Assembly: GCF_009914755.1 (NCBI RefSeq)
Contig: NC_060928.1
DNA length: 64,000 bases
Origin: the human T2T-CHM13v2.0 reference genome, Homo sapiens
Direction: 5' to 3' (one strand)
The notes under the pieces were generated by a model. The model was not told the DNA's origin. It searched no databases and saw only the letters and a list, made by a program, of their open reading frames with translations. Numbering within the stretch: position 1 is the stretch's first letter; every line of letters starts with the position of its first letter. Both the position numbers and the translations under genes were made by a program. Positions 13,501-29,009 of this stretch are shown one piece after another.

Positions 13501-16500
13501 TGCCCTCTTAACATCACCTTAGCTGTGTCCCAGATATTCTGGTAGGCTCTATCTTTGTTCTCATTATTTTTAAAGAACTTATTGATTTCTGTCTTAATTT
13601 CATTATTTTTCCCCCAAATTCAGGAGTATGTTGTTTAATTTCTATGTAATTGCATGATTTTGAGTGATTTTCATAGGCTTAACACTGGTTAAGACCTCTT
13701 TTTGGAGAACTGGTGCAGTTATTTACAGGATATATGACACTCTGGCCATTTGAGTTACCCAAGTCCTTGCATTGATTCTTTCTCATCTCTGGCTGTGGGT
13801 GTTTGTTTAACTGCAGTGTAGACTGAGTATATTCAATATACTTATTTTCTGGATTTTTACTGTGCTGCGGTTACAGAGTGTGTTTGGTATAATTTTGGTT
13901 CTTTTACATTTGTTGAGGATTGTTTTATGTCTAATTATGTTGTTGATTTTAGAGTATGTGCCATGCGGAGATGAGAAAAATGTATATTCTGTTGTTTTGG
14001 GATGGAAAGTTCTGTAAAGGTGTATCAAATCCATTTGGTCCAATGTTGAATTTAGGTCCTGAATATCTTTGTTCATTTTCTGCCTTGATGATCTGTCTAA
14101 TATTGTCAGTGAAGTGTTTAAGTCTCCCACTATTATTATGTGAGAGTCTATATCCTTTTGTAGGTCTCTAAGAACTTGCTTTATAAATCTGGGTGCTCCT
14201 GTGTTGGGTGCATATATATTTAAGACAGTTAGGTCTTCTTATTGAATTAAACCCATTACAATTATGTAATGTCCTTCTTTGTCTTTTTTGATCCTGTTGC
14301 TTTGAAATCTGTTTTGTCTGAAATTAGGATTGCAATCCCTGCTTTCTTTCTGTTTTCCATTTGCTTGGTAGATTTTCCTCCTCTGCTTTATTTTGAGTCT
14401 ACGAGTGTCATCACACATGAGATGAGTCTCTTGAAGACAGCATGCCATTGGGTGTTGCTTTTTTATCCAGCTGGATATTCTGTGCCTTTTAAGTGGGGCA
14501 TTTAGCTCATTTACATTCAAGGTTAATATTGATATGTGTGGATTTGAGCCTATCATTGTGCTGTTAGCTGGTTATTATGTTGGCTTGTTTGTGTGGTTGC
14601 TTTACAGTGACACTGTTTTGTGTATCTCAGTGTGACTTTTATTAGTCTTTCCTTTTTATTAGTCTTTCCTTTCTATATTTAGTGCTCCTTTCAAGATCTC
14701 TTGTAAAGCAGATTCAGTGGTAATGAATTCCCTTAATGTTTGCTTATCTGAAAAGGATTTTATTTTTGTTTTCACTTAGGAAGCTTAGTATGTCTGGATA
14801 TGAAAAGCTTGGGTGAAGATTATTTTCTTTAAGAATGTTGAATATTGGCCCACAATCTCTTCTGGCTTGTAGGATTTCAACTGAGAGGTCTGCTGTTAGC
14901 CTGATGGGGTTTCCTTTGTAGGTGACCTTCCTTTTCTATCTAGCTGCCTTTAACATTGTTTTTCATTTTGATTTTGGAAACTCTGATGATTATGTGTCTT
15001 GGAGATGATCTCCTTGTGTAGAAACTTGGAGGAGTTCTCTATATTTTCTGAATTTGACTGTTGGTCTCTCTAGCAAGGTTGGGGAAGTTTTCATAGATAA
15101 TATCCTGAAATACGTTTTCCAAGTTGTTCGATTTCTCTACCTCCCTTTCATGGATGCCAATAATTCATAGATTTGGACTCTACATAATCCTGGACTTCAT
15201 AGAGGTTTTGTTCATTCCTTTTTATTTATTTTTGTCTGACTGTTTTATTTCAGAGAACTAGTCTTCAAGTTCTGAGATTCCTTCCTCAGCTTGGTTTAAT
15301 CTGCTGTTAACACTTGTGATTGTGTTTTGAAATTCTTATATTCTGTTATTCAGCTCTGTCAGACTTATTAGGTTCTTTTTTATACTGGCTATTTCATCCT
15401 TCTGCTCCCGTATTGCTTTATTGTGATTTTTATTTTCTTGGGATTAGGTTTTGCCATCCCACTGAATCTTGATTATCTTTGTTCTTATCTATATTCTGAA
15501 TTCTATTTCTGTCATTCCAGTCAGTTCAACCTGGTTAAGACCTCTTTTTGGAGAACTGGTGCAGTTGTTTAGAGAACATATGACACTCTGTCTATTTGAG
15601 TTACCTGAGTTCTTGTGTTGATTCTTTCTCATCTCTGCCTGTGGGTCTTCCTTTAACTGTAGTATAGATTGAGTACATTCAATAGACTTCTTTCATGGAT
15701 ATTTTCACTGGGCCAAGGCTTTGTGCAGGGTCTTTATTTGAAGCTGACTTCTTGTCTCTGGTTTCAGACAGGGGTAAATTAGTGAGGTATTTTTGATGTT
15801 GAAGTTTTGGGGTGTGATCCAGCAAGTGGCACATAGGCTTATTGGTCAGTTGGTAGACTCTTGTTCCATTGTGTGGCTCCCCTGTTTCCCCACAATTGCA
15901 GTCATGTTCCCTCTCAATGCTCTGAAAATGTGAGCTCCTCTCCCCCTTGAGTGCTGGCTATAGATTGGCTATAGATTGGCACTTCTAGGCTGCCCATTGC
16001 TGCTCTGGGGGGATCTCAGTGTTTATGTTCCTTCCCGAACTTGGAGGCAGCAGAGGAAGGGACCTTAGTAATGGTCATGGCCAAGGATTGTCTGCTTGTC
16101 TGCTGGGGGCTCCACCCCAGAGAGATGCATGTCAACAATTGTTCAGTGTAATCAGCCAAGGATGGAGGGTCTGTGCTGTGGGCCCAAGACAGGGGTTTCC
16201 TGTCTGGTGATGAGCAGTGGGTGTGTGTGGGACCTGTGGGAGACAGGCTGGCCTCCTTTCCTTGTGTCAACTGCAGCTTGTTGGAAATTAGATAAGGCAC
16301 TTAAGGTCTTTGCTCCTTCATTAGTCTGAGGGTGGCAATGGCAGTTCCAATGCAGAGGCAGTGGCAGAGAGGCTTTCAGTTGCCCCTAGAGGTTCTGTCC
16401 AGGCAGTTGATGAGTTGCAACTGGCTTGATAACTCTGGCAGAGGGTAGATGGAGGTCCGGGCCTGGAGAAAATGCCCAGTGAAGAGAAATGGGAATGGTC

Positions 16501-18054
16501 CCCCATGTAATAGTCTAGCCAATTTTCCATAGAGCTGCTGTGATATGCTGGGGGCCTGCTCCAGTCTCTAGTTGCCTCAGATTTTCCAGTACCCAGAGAT
16601 ATCACCAGTGAAGGCTGCAAAAAGCAAAGATAGCTTCCTGCCCCTCCCTCTGGGAGCTTTATCCCAGGGAGGTATGGGCCTGTTGCCATCCCAAAGCCAT
16701 CTGTAGGAGAAGACTGGAGACCCCAGTAGGGAAGTCCTGCCTTGTGAGGAGGAGTGGAATAGGGGACCTGCTTTAAAAAGCAGTCTGGTCATGTTTTGGT
16801 AGAGCAGCTGTGCTGTGCTGGGGTTCCACTTCCGCCCTTGGTCACCTTGAATACTCCAAAGCCTGAAGGCTGCCAACAGCTAAGTCACCCAAACAGCAAA
16901 GATGGTGACCCGACCCTCCCTCTGGGAGCTCTGTTCCAGGGAGGTTACAAACCTCTATTGGCCAGAGAACATCAGCAGGGGTAGCTGGAGGCCCCATTTG
17001 AGAGGCCCTGCCCAGTGAGGAGTGGAATCAGGCAACCACTTTAAGAACCAGTCTGAACATGTTTTGCTGGAATAGCTGTGCTGTGCTAGGGGATCTTCTG
17101 CCTCTTGTTTCCTGAGACTCTCCAAAGTCTGAGGGCTGGAACAGCTAAGTTGTCCAAATAGCAAAGATGGTGGCCTCTGGGGGAATTCAACTCTCTGTCA
17201 GCTGAAGAACACTAGCAGGGATGGCTGGAAGTCCCAGTTGACAGGTTCCACCCAGTGAGGAAGAATGGGATCAGGCACCTGCCTAAAGCAGCAGCCTGGC
17301 CATATTTTGATAGAGAAGCTGTGCTGTGCTGGGTGATCCCTTCCTTCCCCAGTCAGCTTGGACTCTCCAAAGCCTGAAAGCTGGAGTGGCTAACGCACCT
17401 AAGCAGCAAAGATGGTGGCCCACCCCTCTCCCCAGGAAAACCTTCTCAGGGAGGTACAATGTTGCTACTGGTGGCTGGCTAGAATTCCAAGCCAATGGGT
17501 CATATCCTGTGAGGTGCCATGGAAGTGGGGCAGGCTGTCACTGCTAACCCCCCTGGATTCAGCCTTTTTTGAGGGGATATGTACGGGCATCTAACCTCCA
17601 ACATTTCTGGAGCTGGAGCTACTTTTGCCGGAAAGCCTGAGTGTCCAAGGCTCCAGATTCTCCATGTGTGCCCGAGTGGCTATTCTGCAGAGACTCCACA
17701 ACTTAGCTATGTCTGTCAGATTTTGAAGGTCCTGGTGGAGTGGGTTTACAAGGAGATCTCCTGACCCTAGAGTTGCAAAGATCCACGGGAGAAGCATGGT
17801 TTCCCAGGGTCGCACATTCACTCACTGCTTCTCTGGTCAGGGGGGGTTCCCGTGGCTACATGTTGGTCTTGGGTGGGCCGTTGTCATGTCCTGTTTTTCT
17901 TTATTCCTCATAGATCAGGTTGCTTTTTGATGAGTTCCAATGTGAGTACCTGGATGTTTCAGTTGAAGGTGTTATATTTACTCACCCCTTTCATTCCTCT
18001 CCATGAGAGCCATGCACACTAGCTGCTTCTAGTCAGCAGTCTTGGCCAATCTCC
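10568..18054 (-). mobile_element. Full-length (~7.5 kb) inactive L1PA13-15/L1PREC2-like LINE-1
   Basis: poly-T tail, 3'UTR, fragmented ORF2 (start MIGSNPHISILTLNVN at 14556; EN/RT fragments in the ORF track), ORF1 remnants, long repetitive 5'UTR ending in rc GGAGATTGGCCAAGA; degenerate TSD GTCTTCTT/ATCTTTTT with a TTTT/AA site. Confidence 0.92.
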
Positions 18055-18755
18055 ATCTTTTTAATACAATTATTTCTTTTCCTTTGAGCAGATACTCAGT
18101 GGTGGGATTGCTGGATTGAATTATACTTCTATTTTTTTGTTCTTTGAGAAATCTCCATACAGTTTTCCACAGGGGCTTTAGTAATTTGTGTCCCCTCCAA
18201 CAGCCTGTAAGCATTCCCTTTTCTCTACATCCTCACCAATATGTAGTTTCCTGAATTTGTAATAATAGCTATTCTGACTGGTGTGAGATGGTATCTCATT
18301 ATGGTTTTAATTTGCATTTATCTGATTATGAGTGATGATTAGCATTTTTTAATATACTTGTTGGCTACTTGTATGCCTCCTTTTGAGAATGTCTGCCATT
18401 TTTTGTCCATTTATTAATAGGAATATTTGTTTTTTCTTTTTGAATTGTTTGAATTGAGTTTCTTGTATATTTTGGATACTAGTTCTTTGTCAGATGGACA
18501 GTTTGCAAATATTTTTTTCCTCTTCTGTAGGTCGTCTGTTTACTCTGATGGCTATTTCTTCTGATGTGCAGAAGCTTTTTAGTTTAATTAGGTCCCATTT
18601 GTCAATTTTTGTTTTTCTCACAATTGCTTTTGGGGTCTTAGTCATCAGTTCTTTGCCTCGGCCAATGTCCAGAAGAGATTTTTCCAGGTTTTCTTCTAGG
18701 ATATTTTATGGTTTCAGGTCTTACATTTAAGTTTTTAATCTATCTTGAGTTAATT
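18055..18755 (-). mobile_element. Older L1 (L1PB4/L1MA-like) ORF2 3' part; right part of the interrupted element, 5'-truncated
   Basis: Continues the sequence broken at ~10563 (GTGCAGGTG|TCTTT...TTTCCTTTGAGCAGATACTCAGTGGTGGGATTGCTGG). Confidence 0.85.
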
Positions 18756-20113
18756 ATTCAAATCCTATTTGAAAAGAGTGGATATTCTCCCTGTTTTCAT
18801 TATTTCTCAGGTGCAAACATTACAGGCTCAAAAGTGGATCTTTTAGGAAAAAAATTAAGTCATTATAAAACACATTATATCAGAAAACCCCCCACCGGGT
18901 TTTGGATATAATGGAGTAACTTCTTATGAACTTCTGTTATTTTCAGAACTTTGGACTTCTAGACTCTTTAAACTCTTTGTACTTATATTTGCTTGAAACT
19001 GAAAAAGTAAGACAGGGTTGGTTCACAAAGCAGTGAAGTGGAGTGCTTGAGCCAGTGTTATTTTATTTTTAATTTAATTTTTTAAATCTGGTAAAATTCA
19101 AATTCAATAAAATGCCCAGAATTTAAGTGTTTATTTCATCAAGTTTTGATAAATGTGTGCACTCATAAGATCTCCATTCCTTTTAAGATATGGGACATTT
19201 ACATCAGACCAGTTAATACCCTCTAGGGTTTTCCAGTTAATCCTCACATGCTGCATCTGGACATTACTCCTCTGATTTCTATCATCATAGCTTAGTTTTG
19301 CCTGTTTTAGAACTTCATATGACTAGAAGAATGTAATTTTTGTGTCTGTCTTCTTTCACTTAATATGTGAAATTCACTATATTCTTTTGTGATCCAGCAC
19401 TCCATTCCTCTTTATTGGTGAATATATTGCAACATATGGATAGAGCATAACTTACTAATTCATTCCCTTTTTGATGGGCATTTCAGCTGTTTCCAGTGTT
19501 TAAATTATAAACAATACTGTTGTGAACATTCTGGCAGAAGTTTTTTTAACGGACAAAACTTTTCATTCCTTTTATGTTTTTATTCCTTTCATTTTCTTAT
19601 TAAAATATGTATACATCTTATTTTAATCTTACTTATTACAATAAATACTTTCTTATTAAAATAAGTATACATCTTATAAAAATACATCCCTAGATGTATA
19701 CTTATTTCTATTAAAAATGTCATACCTTTTTCCAAAGTGGTTGTATCATTTTATATTTCCTTCATGATGTTTGAGAATTCCAGTTGCTCTCCATCCTGAT
19801 GAACATATGATATTGTCACTATTTTTTATTTTAGTCATTCTCATTGATTTTAATTTGCATTTACTTGATGGTTACTTATGTTGAGAGTCTTTTCATGTGC
19901 TTTTTGGCTATTTGTATATCCTCTTGAGAGAAAGGTCTGTTAATGTCTTTTATTAATAATAACTGGATTTTTATAATCATTAAACTGTAAAAGCACTTTA
20001 TAAATTCTGCATAGAAGTAATTCTTAAATATAAGCATTGAAACTATTTTCCCCAAATCTGTGGTTTGCCATTTCATTTCCCTCATTCTGTTTTTTGAAGA
20101 GTTTAGATTTTTT

Positions 20114-20324
20114 TTTTTAATTATTATACTTTAAGTTTTAGGGTACATGTGCACATTGTGCAGGTTAGTTACGTATGTATACACATGCCATGCTGGTGCG
20201 CTGCACCCACTAACTCGTCATCTAGCATTAGGTATAACTCCCAGTGCTATCCCTCCCCACTCCCCCAACCCCACCACAGTCCCCAGAGTGTGATATTCCC
20301 CTTCCTGTTGAACAATGAGATCAC
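20114..20324 (-). mobile_element. Very short young L1 (L1PA2/3-like 3'UTR) with 5' inversion
   Basis: 17-bp TSD AAGAGTTTAGATTTTTT (20097-20113, 20325-20341); GAG diagnostic (rc GATGACGAGTTAG); 20308-20324 is sense-strand L1 TTGAACAATGAGATCAC. Confidence 0.95.
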
Positions 20325-21257
20325 AAGAGTTTAGATTTTTTAATTTCAAAAAATATAATATAATTTAACAATTTTTTAATAAATACCATTTTTATGTCTT
20401 AAGAAATATTTGGCACCTCAAGTTGCAAAACATTTGGTATCTCAATACTTTGTTAAGATATTCTTTCCTGTTTTTTTTTCTAGAAGATTTATAGTTTAGC
20501 TTTTATGTTTAGGTTTCTGATCTACCTCAAAATAATTTTTAAGAAGGGTATGGAACAATATCATTATGGTCCCTTTTTTCTTCCCACAAACATATTCTGA
20601 GTTTCCAGCACCATTTGTTAAAATTACTATCATTTTCCTATTAGATTAATTTGAGTGAAGCTGAATTGATGATATATGTATGGGTCTATGTCTAGACATT
20701 TTTATGGGATATTGTAACTTTAAAGTAAATCTTCTATGCTGTATAATTTTACAAGTTTGCTCTTCTTTGTCAAAATTTTTGGAGCTAGTTATGTCCTTTT
20801 GCATTTTCATGTAAGTTTTATAATGGGATTGTCATTTTTAAACAAAAAACGCTTGCTATTATTTTGATTAAAATATTTTTGAATTTGCAGATAATTTTGG
20901 AAAAGATTGACATCTTAATAATATTGAGTATTCCAATTAATTAATATGTTATAGCCCTCTATTTTTATTTGGATATTTTTACTTTTTCCCCCAAATTTTT
21001 GTTGTTCTAGTGTACAGGTCTTACACATTAGTGTTTACTATATCCCTATTTATATTTTTAATGCTAGTGTACAATAAATTTTTAAAATTTTATTTTACAA
21101 TTATTTGTTGCTAGAATTAAAAATATGTACACATATTGACTTTATATAGTGCAAACTTACTAAATTATGCATCAGTTCTAGTAGATTTTTTTAAAGATAA
21201 CGGAGTTCTTATATAATAAACCATGATGTGTGAAAATACAAACAGTAAGCAGTATGC

Positions 21258-21260
21258 CTT

Positions 21261-21291
<31 letters not shown>

Positions 21292-21311
21292 TTATTATTA
21301 TTATTATTATT
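21258..21311. repeat. Compound microsatellite (CTT)11(ATT)7
   Basis: Direct reading of the sequence. Confidence 0.97.
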
Positions 21312-21594
21312 TTGAGAAAGAGTCTTACTCTGTCGCCCTGGCTGGAGTGCAATGGTACAATCTCGGCTCACTGCAACCTCCCCTACCAGGTTAAAGTGAT
21401 TTTCCTTTCTCAGCCTTCCGAGTAGCTGGGATTACAGGCTCTCGCCACCACGCCCAGCTAATTTTTGTATTTTTATTAGAGACAGGGTTTCACCATGTTG
21501 GCCAGGCTAGTCTCGAACTCCTGACTTCAAGTGATCCGCCTGCCTAGGCCTCCCAAAGTTTTGGGATTACAGGCATGAGCCACTGTGCCCAGCC
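21291..21594 (-). mobile_element. AluS (Sx/Sz-like) with (ATT)7 tail
   Basis: Complete antisense dimer ending GTGCCCAGCC. Confidence 0.95.
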
Positions 21595-22135
21595 TTCTTC
21601 ATCCAATTTTTATGCTTTTTTACTTCTTTTTGTTGCCTATAGCACTGGTTAGTATCTCTGATAAAATGTTAAATAAAAGTGGTAAGAGTGGATATCCTTT
21701 GGTACCTTTTAATGAATATTATAGCATTAAGTAGAATATTAGCTGTAAATTCTTTGGACATGTCCCTTTTTCTCATTGAAGAAGTTCCTTTCTATATCTA
21801 CTTTGTTAAATACTGTTATTATAGATGAGAATTTAGATATTTTTTCAAATGCTTTTTCTGCACTTATGGAAATTATTACATAACTTTTTTTCTGTGATCT
21901 ATTAATGTTTTTGACTGCATTGGTTAATTTTTTAATATTGAACATTGCATTCTTGGAATAAATTCAACTTGGTCATGATGCTCTCATATATATGTATTGC
22001 CTGATTTGATTTGTAAGGATTTTGTTTAGAACTTTTGCATCTCTGTATATGAGTGATACCAATATATACTTTTCTTTTCTTATAATGTTACTGTAAGCTT
22101 TTGGTACCAGTTTTTACACTGTTTTCATAAAATGA

Positions 22136-24153
<2,018 letters not shown>

Positions 24154-25374
24154 GATACCATTTAAAAAAAATACCAGTTAAAAAAATATACCATTTGATA
24201 TCTTATGACCTCCATTGTTTCTGATGAAAGGTCAGCAATAATTGCACTCTTTGTTTTTCTAAATGTAATTTGTTATTTTATTTTGGCTGCTATGAAGATT
24301 TATTTATATATCTTTCCTTTTTAGCATCTTCACTGACATGTAGATGATTTTCTTTGCATTCATTCTTCAGTGGCTTATCTAGCTCCTTGGATCTTTTAAA
24401 TGGTGCTTTCATCAAATGTGAAAATTTTGGTCAATATTTGTGAGAATGTATTTTCTGCCTCATTCTTTTTCTTTCCACCTTCTAGTATACCAATTACACA
24501 AAATACTAGAAAAATATTTTACATTACTCTATAAGTCAGAGTTTAATAGTCTCTTATCTCTCCTTGGCTTAGTTTGCATGATATTTGTTAATATGTCCTC
24601 AGGTTGATTATTTCCTCTGTTCTTTTCTTTCAATCTGCTGTCAATCTCATATAATGATTTTCTTGTTTCACATATTGTATTTTTCAGCTTAATAATTTTC
24701 ATTTGGTTTATCATTATAGTTTCCAAACATATCCTGACCATCTTCCCATCTTTTAACAAATTTTACTCATTCTGTCCTCTAGATTTTATAGAATATTCAT
24801 CAAATATATTTTAAAATATTTATATGCCTATTACAGCAATTAAGATGTCTGTAGGTCTCTTTTTGTTAACTGATCTTTTTTGACTATGCTTCAAAAGAAC
24901 TATACTGGTATTTGTGTTTCTTCCCATATCTAGCAAAATTTTTGACGTGGTATACATGAGACTTTGTGGGACACATTGTAGAGAATCTTGATTATGTTCT
25001 CTTTCTCTAAAGAATTTTGCCTTAATGGGCAGTTAAATTACTGGCACATAGCCTTGAACTAGTTGATAGCTTGGTTTTATGCTTTACTAATCTGGGTCTT
25101 TTGGTTTTGAACATAGTCCTGGGGGAAATTTCCTATTCCTAGGATTTAGTCTATTTCTAGGGTAAACTAGACTAGGGTAGCACTTCTGAGCTTTCAACAG
25201 ACAGTCCAATGTGCTTAACATATCCCTCACTTGGCAGAATTCCAACTTCAAACTCTGTTTCCTGGAGTGTGTAGTTCTGAAAAATCTGGTTAGTTCCCCT
25301 GGACTTCTTAGATTCTTGCCCAAGCGTGCATGATTTAGGAGTCAGCCATGAGTTTGAGGAAGACTATTTAGGTC

Positions 25375-25738
25375 CAGTCCCAAGACTGCATATCTGTAAA
25401 GAAGAGAGATCTACTTCTTACAATTCTATATTCTGCAAAGTCCAAGATCAAGGACCTGGCACCTCTTACTGGTAAAGGGCTTCTTGCTGCATCATCCTAC
25501 AGTGGAAAGCAGAAGGTGAAAAGAGCACACCCTGGAGGGTGGGAAGAAGATCAAATTCATTCCTATATCAGAAACCCACTGCCATGATAATAAACCCACT
25601 GCCCAAATAATGGCATTAATCTATTTGTAGGCCCTTATGACCTAGTCACCTCAAAGGTGTCACCTCTCAACACTGTTGCACTGGTTTCCAATATAACTCT
25701 TCAATACATTGATCTGGGGATACATTCAAACCATATCA
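25375..25738 (-). mobile_element. MaLR LTR (MSTC/D-like)
   Basis: AAGTCCAAGATCAAGG, AAACCCACTGCC x2, GGGGATACATTCAAACCATATCA terminus; left end degraded. Confidence 0.8.
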
Positions 25739-28054
25739 GAGTTATACTTACATTTTGGGGCTCTCTCATCTGTTACTCCCTGCTACTCAAAAATTATTTC
25801 CTCAATTTCTAACTGCATTTTGCAGCTACAAACATTTCTTCTCACTTATGTGGCCAATAAAACTTAATTTTGAGAGAAGGTGAAGAAAGATGACTGAATA
25901 GAAGCCTTCACCAATTGCTCCCCCCACAGGAACATCAATTAAACAACTATCTACATGAAAAACTACCTTTATAAGAACCAAAAATCAGGTGAGCCATCAC
26001 AGTATTTGGTTTTAACCTTGTGTCATTGAAAGAAGCACTGAAGAGAGTGGGAAAGACAGTCTTAAATTGCTGATGCCACCTGTTCTCCATCCCTGCAATT
26101 CAAGATAACACAGAGAAAGAATTCAGAATTCTATCAGATAAATTTAACCAAGAGAATGATTCATGATACAAAGGAGCTCCAATACATCTGGTAGCAGACT
26201 TCTGAGTGCAAACATTACAGGCCAGGAGAGAGTAGCATGACATACTCAAAGTGCTGAAAGAAAATAACTTTTACCCTGTAATAGTATTATTTAGTGAAAA
26301 TATCTTTCAAACTTGAAGGAGAAATAAAGCCTTTCCCAGACAAACAAAAGCTGAGAGATTTCATCAATACCAGAGCTGTCTTACAAAAAAATGCTAAAAG
26401 AAGTACTTCAATCAAAAAGAAAAAGACATTAATCAGCAATAAATAATCAAATGAAGGGAGAAAACTTGCAGGTAATAGTATTGTGAACACAGAAAAACAC
26501 AGAATATTGTGACACTGTGACTGTGTAAACTGTTTTTATTCTAAGTAAAAAGGCTAAACAATAAACCAATTAAAAATAATAACTACAACAGCTTGACATA
26601 GAAAGTATAATAAGATATAAATAGAAACATCAAAAAGTTAAAAAGTGAGGGAACAAAGTTAAGACACAGAGTTTTTATTAGTTTTCTTTTTGCTTGTTTG
26701 TTTATGTAAATAGTGTTAACTTATTATCAGGTTAAAATAATGGGTTATAAAATAGTATTTGCAAGCCTCGTGGTAACTTCAAACCAAAAAATATTCAATG
26801 GATACACAAAAATAAACATCAAGAAACTAAATTATATCACAAGATAAAATCACCTTCACTAGAGGAAGAGAGGATGGAAAGAAACAAGAAAGAGAAGACC
26901 ACAAAACAACAGAAGACAAATAGCAAATTGGCAAGAGTAAATTCTTACTTATCAATAATAACATCAAATGTAAGCCCACTAAACTCTCCAATCAAAAGGC
27001 ATAGACTGGCTGAATGGATGAAATAACAAGACTCATTGATCTGTTGCCTACAGTAAACACAATTCACCTATAAAGACACATATAGATTAAAAATAAAGAG
27101 ATGAAAAAAGATATTCCATGCCAATGGAAACCAAAAAAAGAGCAGGAGTCACTATAATTATTTCAGACAAAATAGATCTCAAGGCAAAAATTACCAGAAC
27201 AGACAAATGATAATGAAAAGGGGTCAATGCAGCCAGAGGAAATAACAATTTTAGATATATATGCACCCAAAACTGGAGCACCTATATATAATTTTATATA
27301 TATATAAAATATTAATAATATATAATATTATTAGAGCTAAAGACAGAGATAGGCCCCAGTAAAATAATAGGTGGAGACTTCAACACCCCACTTTCAGCAT
27401 TGGACAGATTTTCTAGACAGAGAAGCAACAAAGCAACATCAGACTTAATCCGCACTATAGACAAAAATGGGCCTCATAGATATTTACAGAATATTTCATC
27501 CAAGAGCTGCAGAACACATATGAATCATTCTCAAGGATAGACCATATGTTAGGTCACAAAACAAGACATAAAACACACAAAAAATGAAATAATATCAAGC
27601 ATTTTCTCTAACCACAATGAAGTAAAACTGGAAATTAATAACAAGAGAAATTTCAAAAACTATACAAATGCATGGAAATTAAAGAATGTGCTCCCAAATG
27701 ACCAGTGAGTTAATGAAAACATTTTTAAAAAATTGAAAATTTTCTTGAAACAAGTCATAATGGAAACATGACATACCAAAACCTATCAGATACACCAAAA
27801 GCAGTACTAAGAAGTTTATAGCTATAAGAGCCTACATCAAAGAAGAGGAAAAACTTCAAATGAATAATCTAATGATGTATCCTAAACAACTAGAAAAACA
27901 AGAGCCAAGCAACCCCCAAATTAGCAGAAGAAAAGAAAAAATGAAATCAGAGCAGGAACAAATGCAATTGAAAGAAAGGAAAAGATGCAAATACATAAAA
28001 TCAGAAATAAAAAAGGAGACATTAAAACTGATACTGCAGAAATTCAAAGGATCA

Positions 28055-28368
<314 letters not shown>

Positions 28369-28931
28369 GAAATTTAAAGAATCATTAGCGGCTACTATGC
28401 GTAACTACATGCCAATAAATTAGAAAATCTAGAAGAAATGGACAAATTCCTGAATACATAAGACCTACCAAGATTGAACCAGGAAGAAATCTGAAACCTA
28501 TACAGAAAAATAACAACTAATCAGATCAATGCCATAATAAAAAAAATTCCCAGTAAAGAAAAGCCCAAGACTCGATGACTTCACTTCCAAATTCTACCAA
28601 ATATTTCAAGAAGAACTAGTACCAATCCTACTCACATTATTCAGAAAAATAGAGAAGGGAGAATACTTCCAAACTCATCCTATAAGGCTGGTATTACCCT
28701 AATACCAAAACCACATAAGGACACATCAAAGAAAGCAAAACTCAGGCCAATCTCTCCAATGAATATTGATGCAATAATTATCAACAAAATTATAGCAAAC
28801 CAAATCCATCAAAACATTAGAAAGATCATTCATCTTGACCAAGTTGGATTTTTCTCTGACATGCAAGGATGGTTCAACATAAGCAAATCAATCAACGTGA
28901 TACATCATATGAACAGAATGAAGGATAAAAC

Positions 28932-29009
28932 TTTTCAGCATCACTTGAAATAATATTATTTTTGAATATGATTACTGAAAAATAATCATATTTCAAGTGA
29001 TGCTGGAAA
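28932..29009. repeat. Inverted repeat, 32-bp arms (29/32 matched), 14-nt loop
   Basis: TTTTCAGCATCACTTGAAATAATATTATTTTT ... AAAAATAATCATATTTCAAGTGATGCTGGAAA. Confidence 0.93.

Noticed and set aside
27283-27330. AT-only palindromic patch in L1MA
   Set aside because: Low-complexity TA slippage; self-complementarity is trivial
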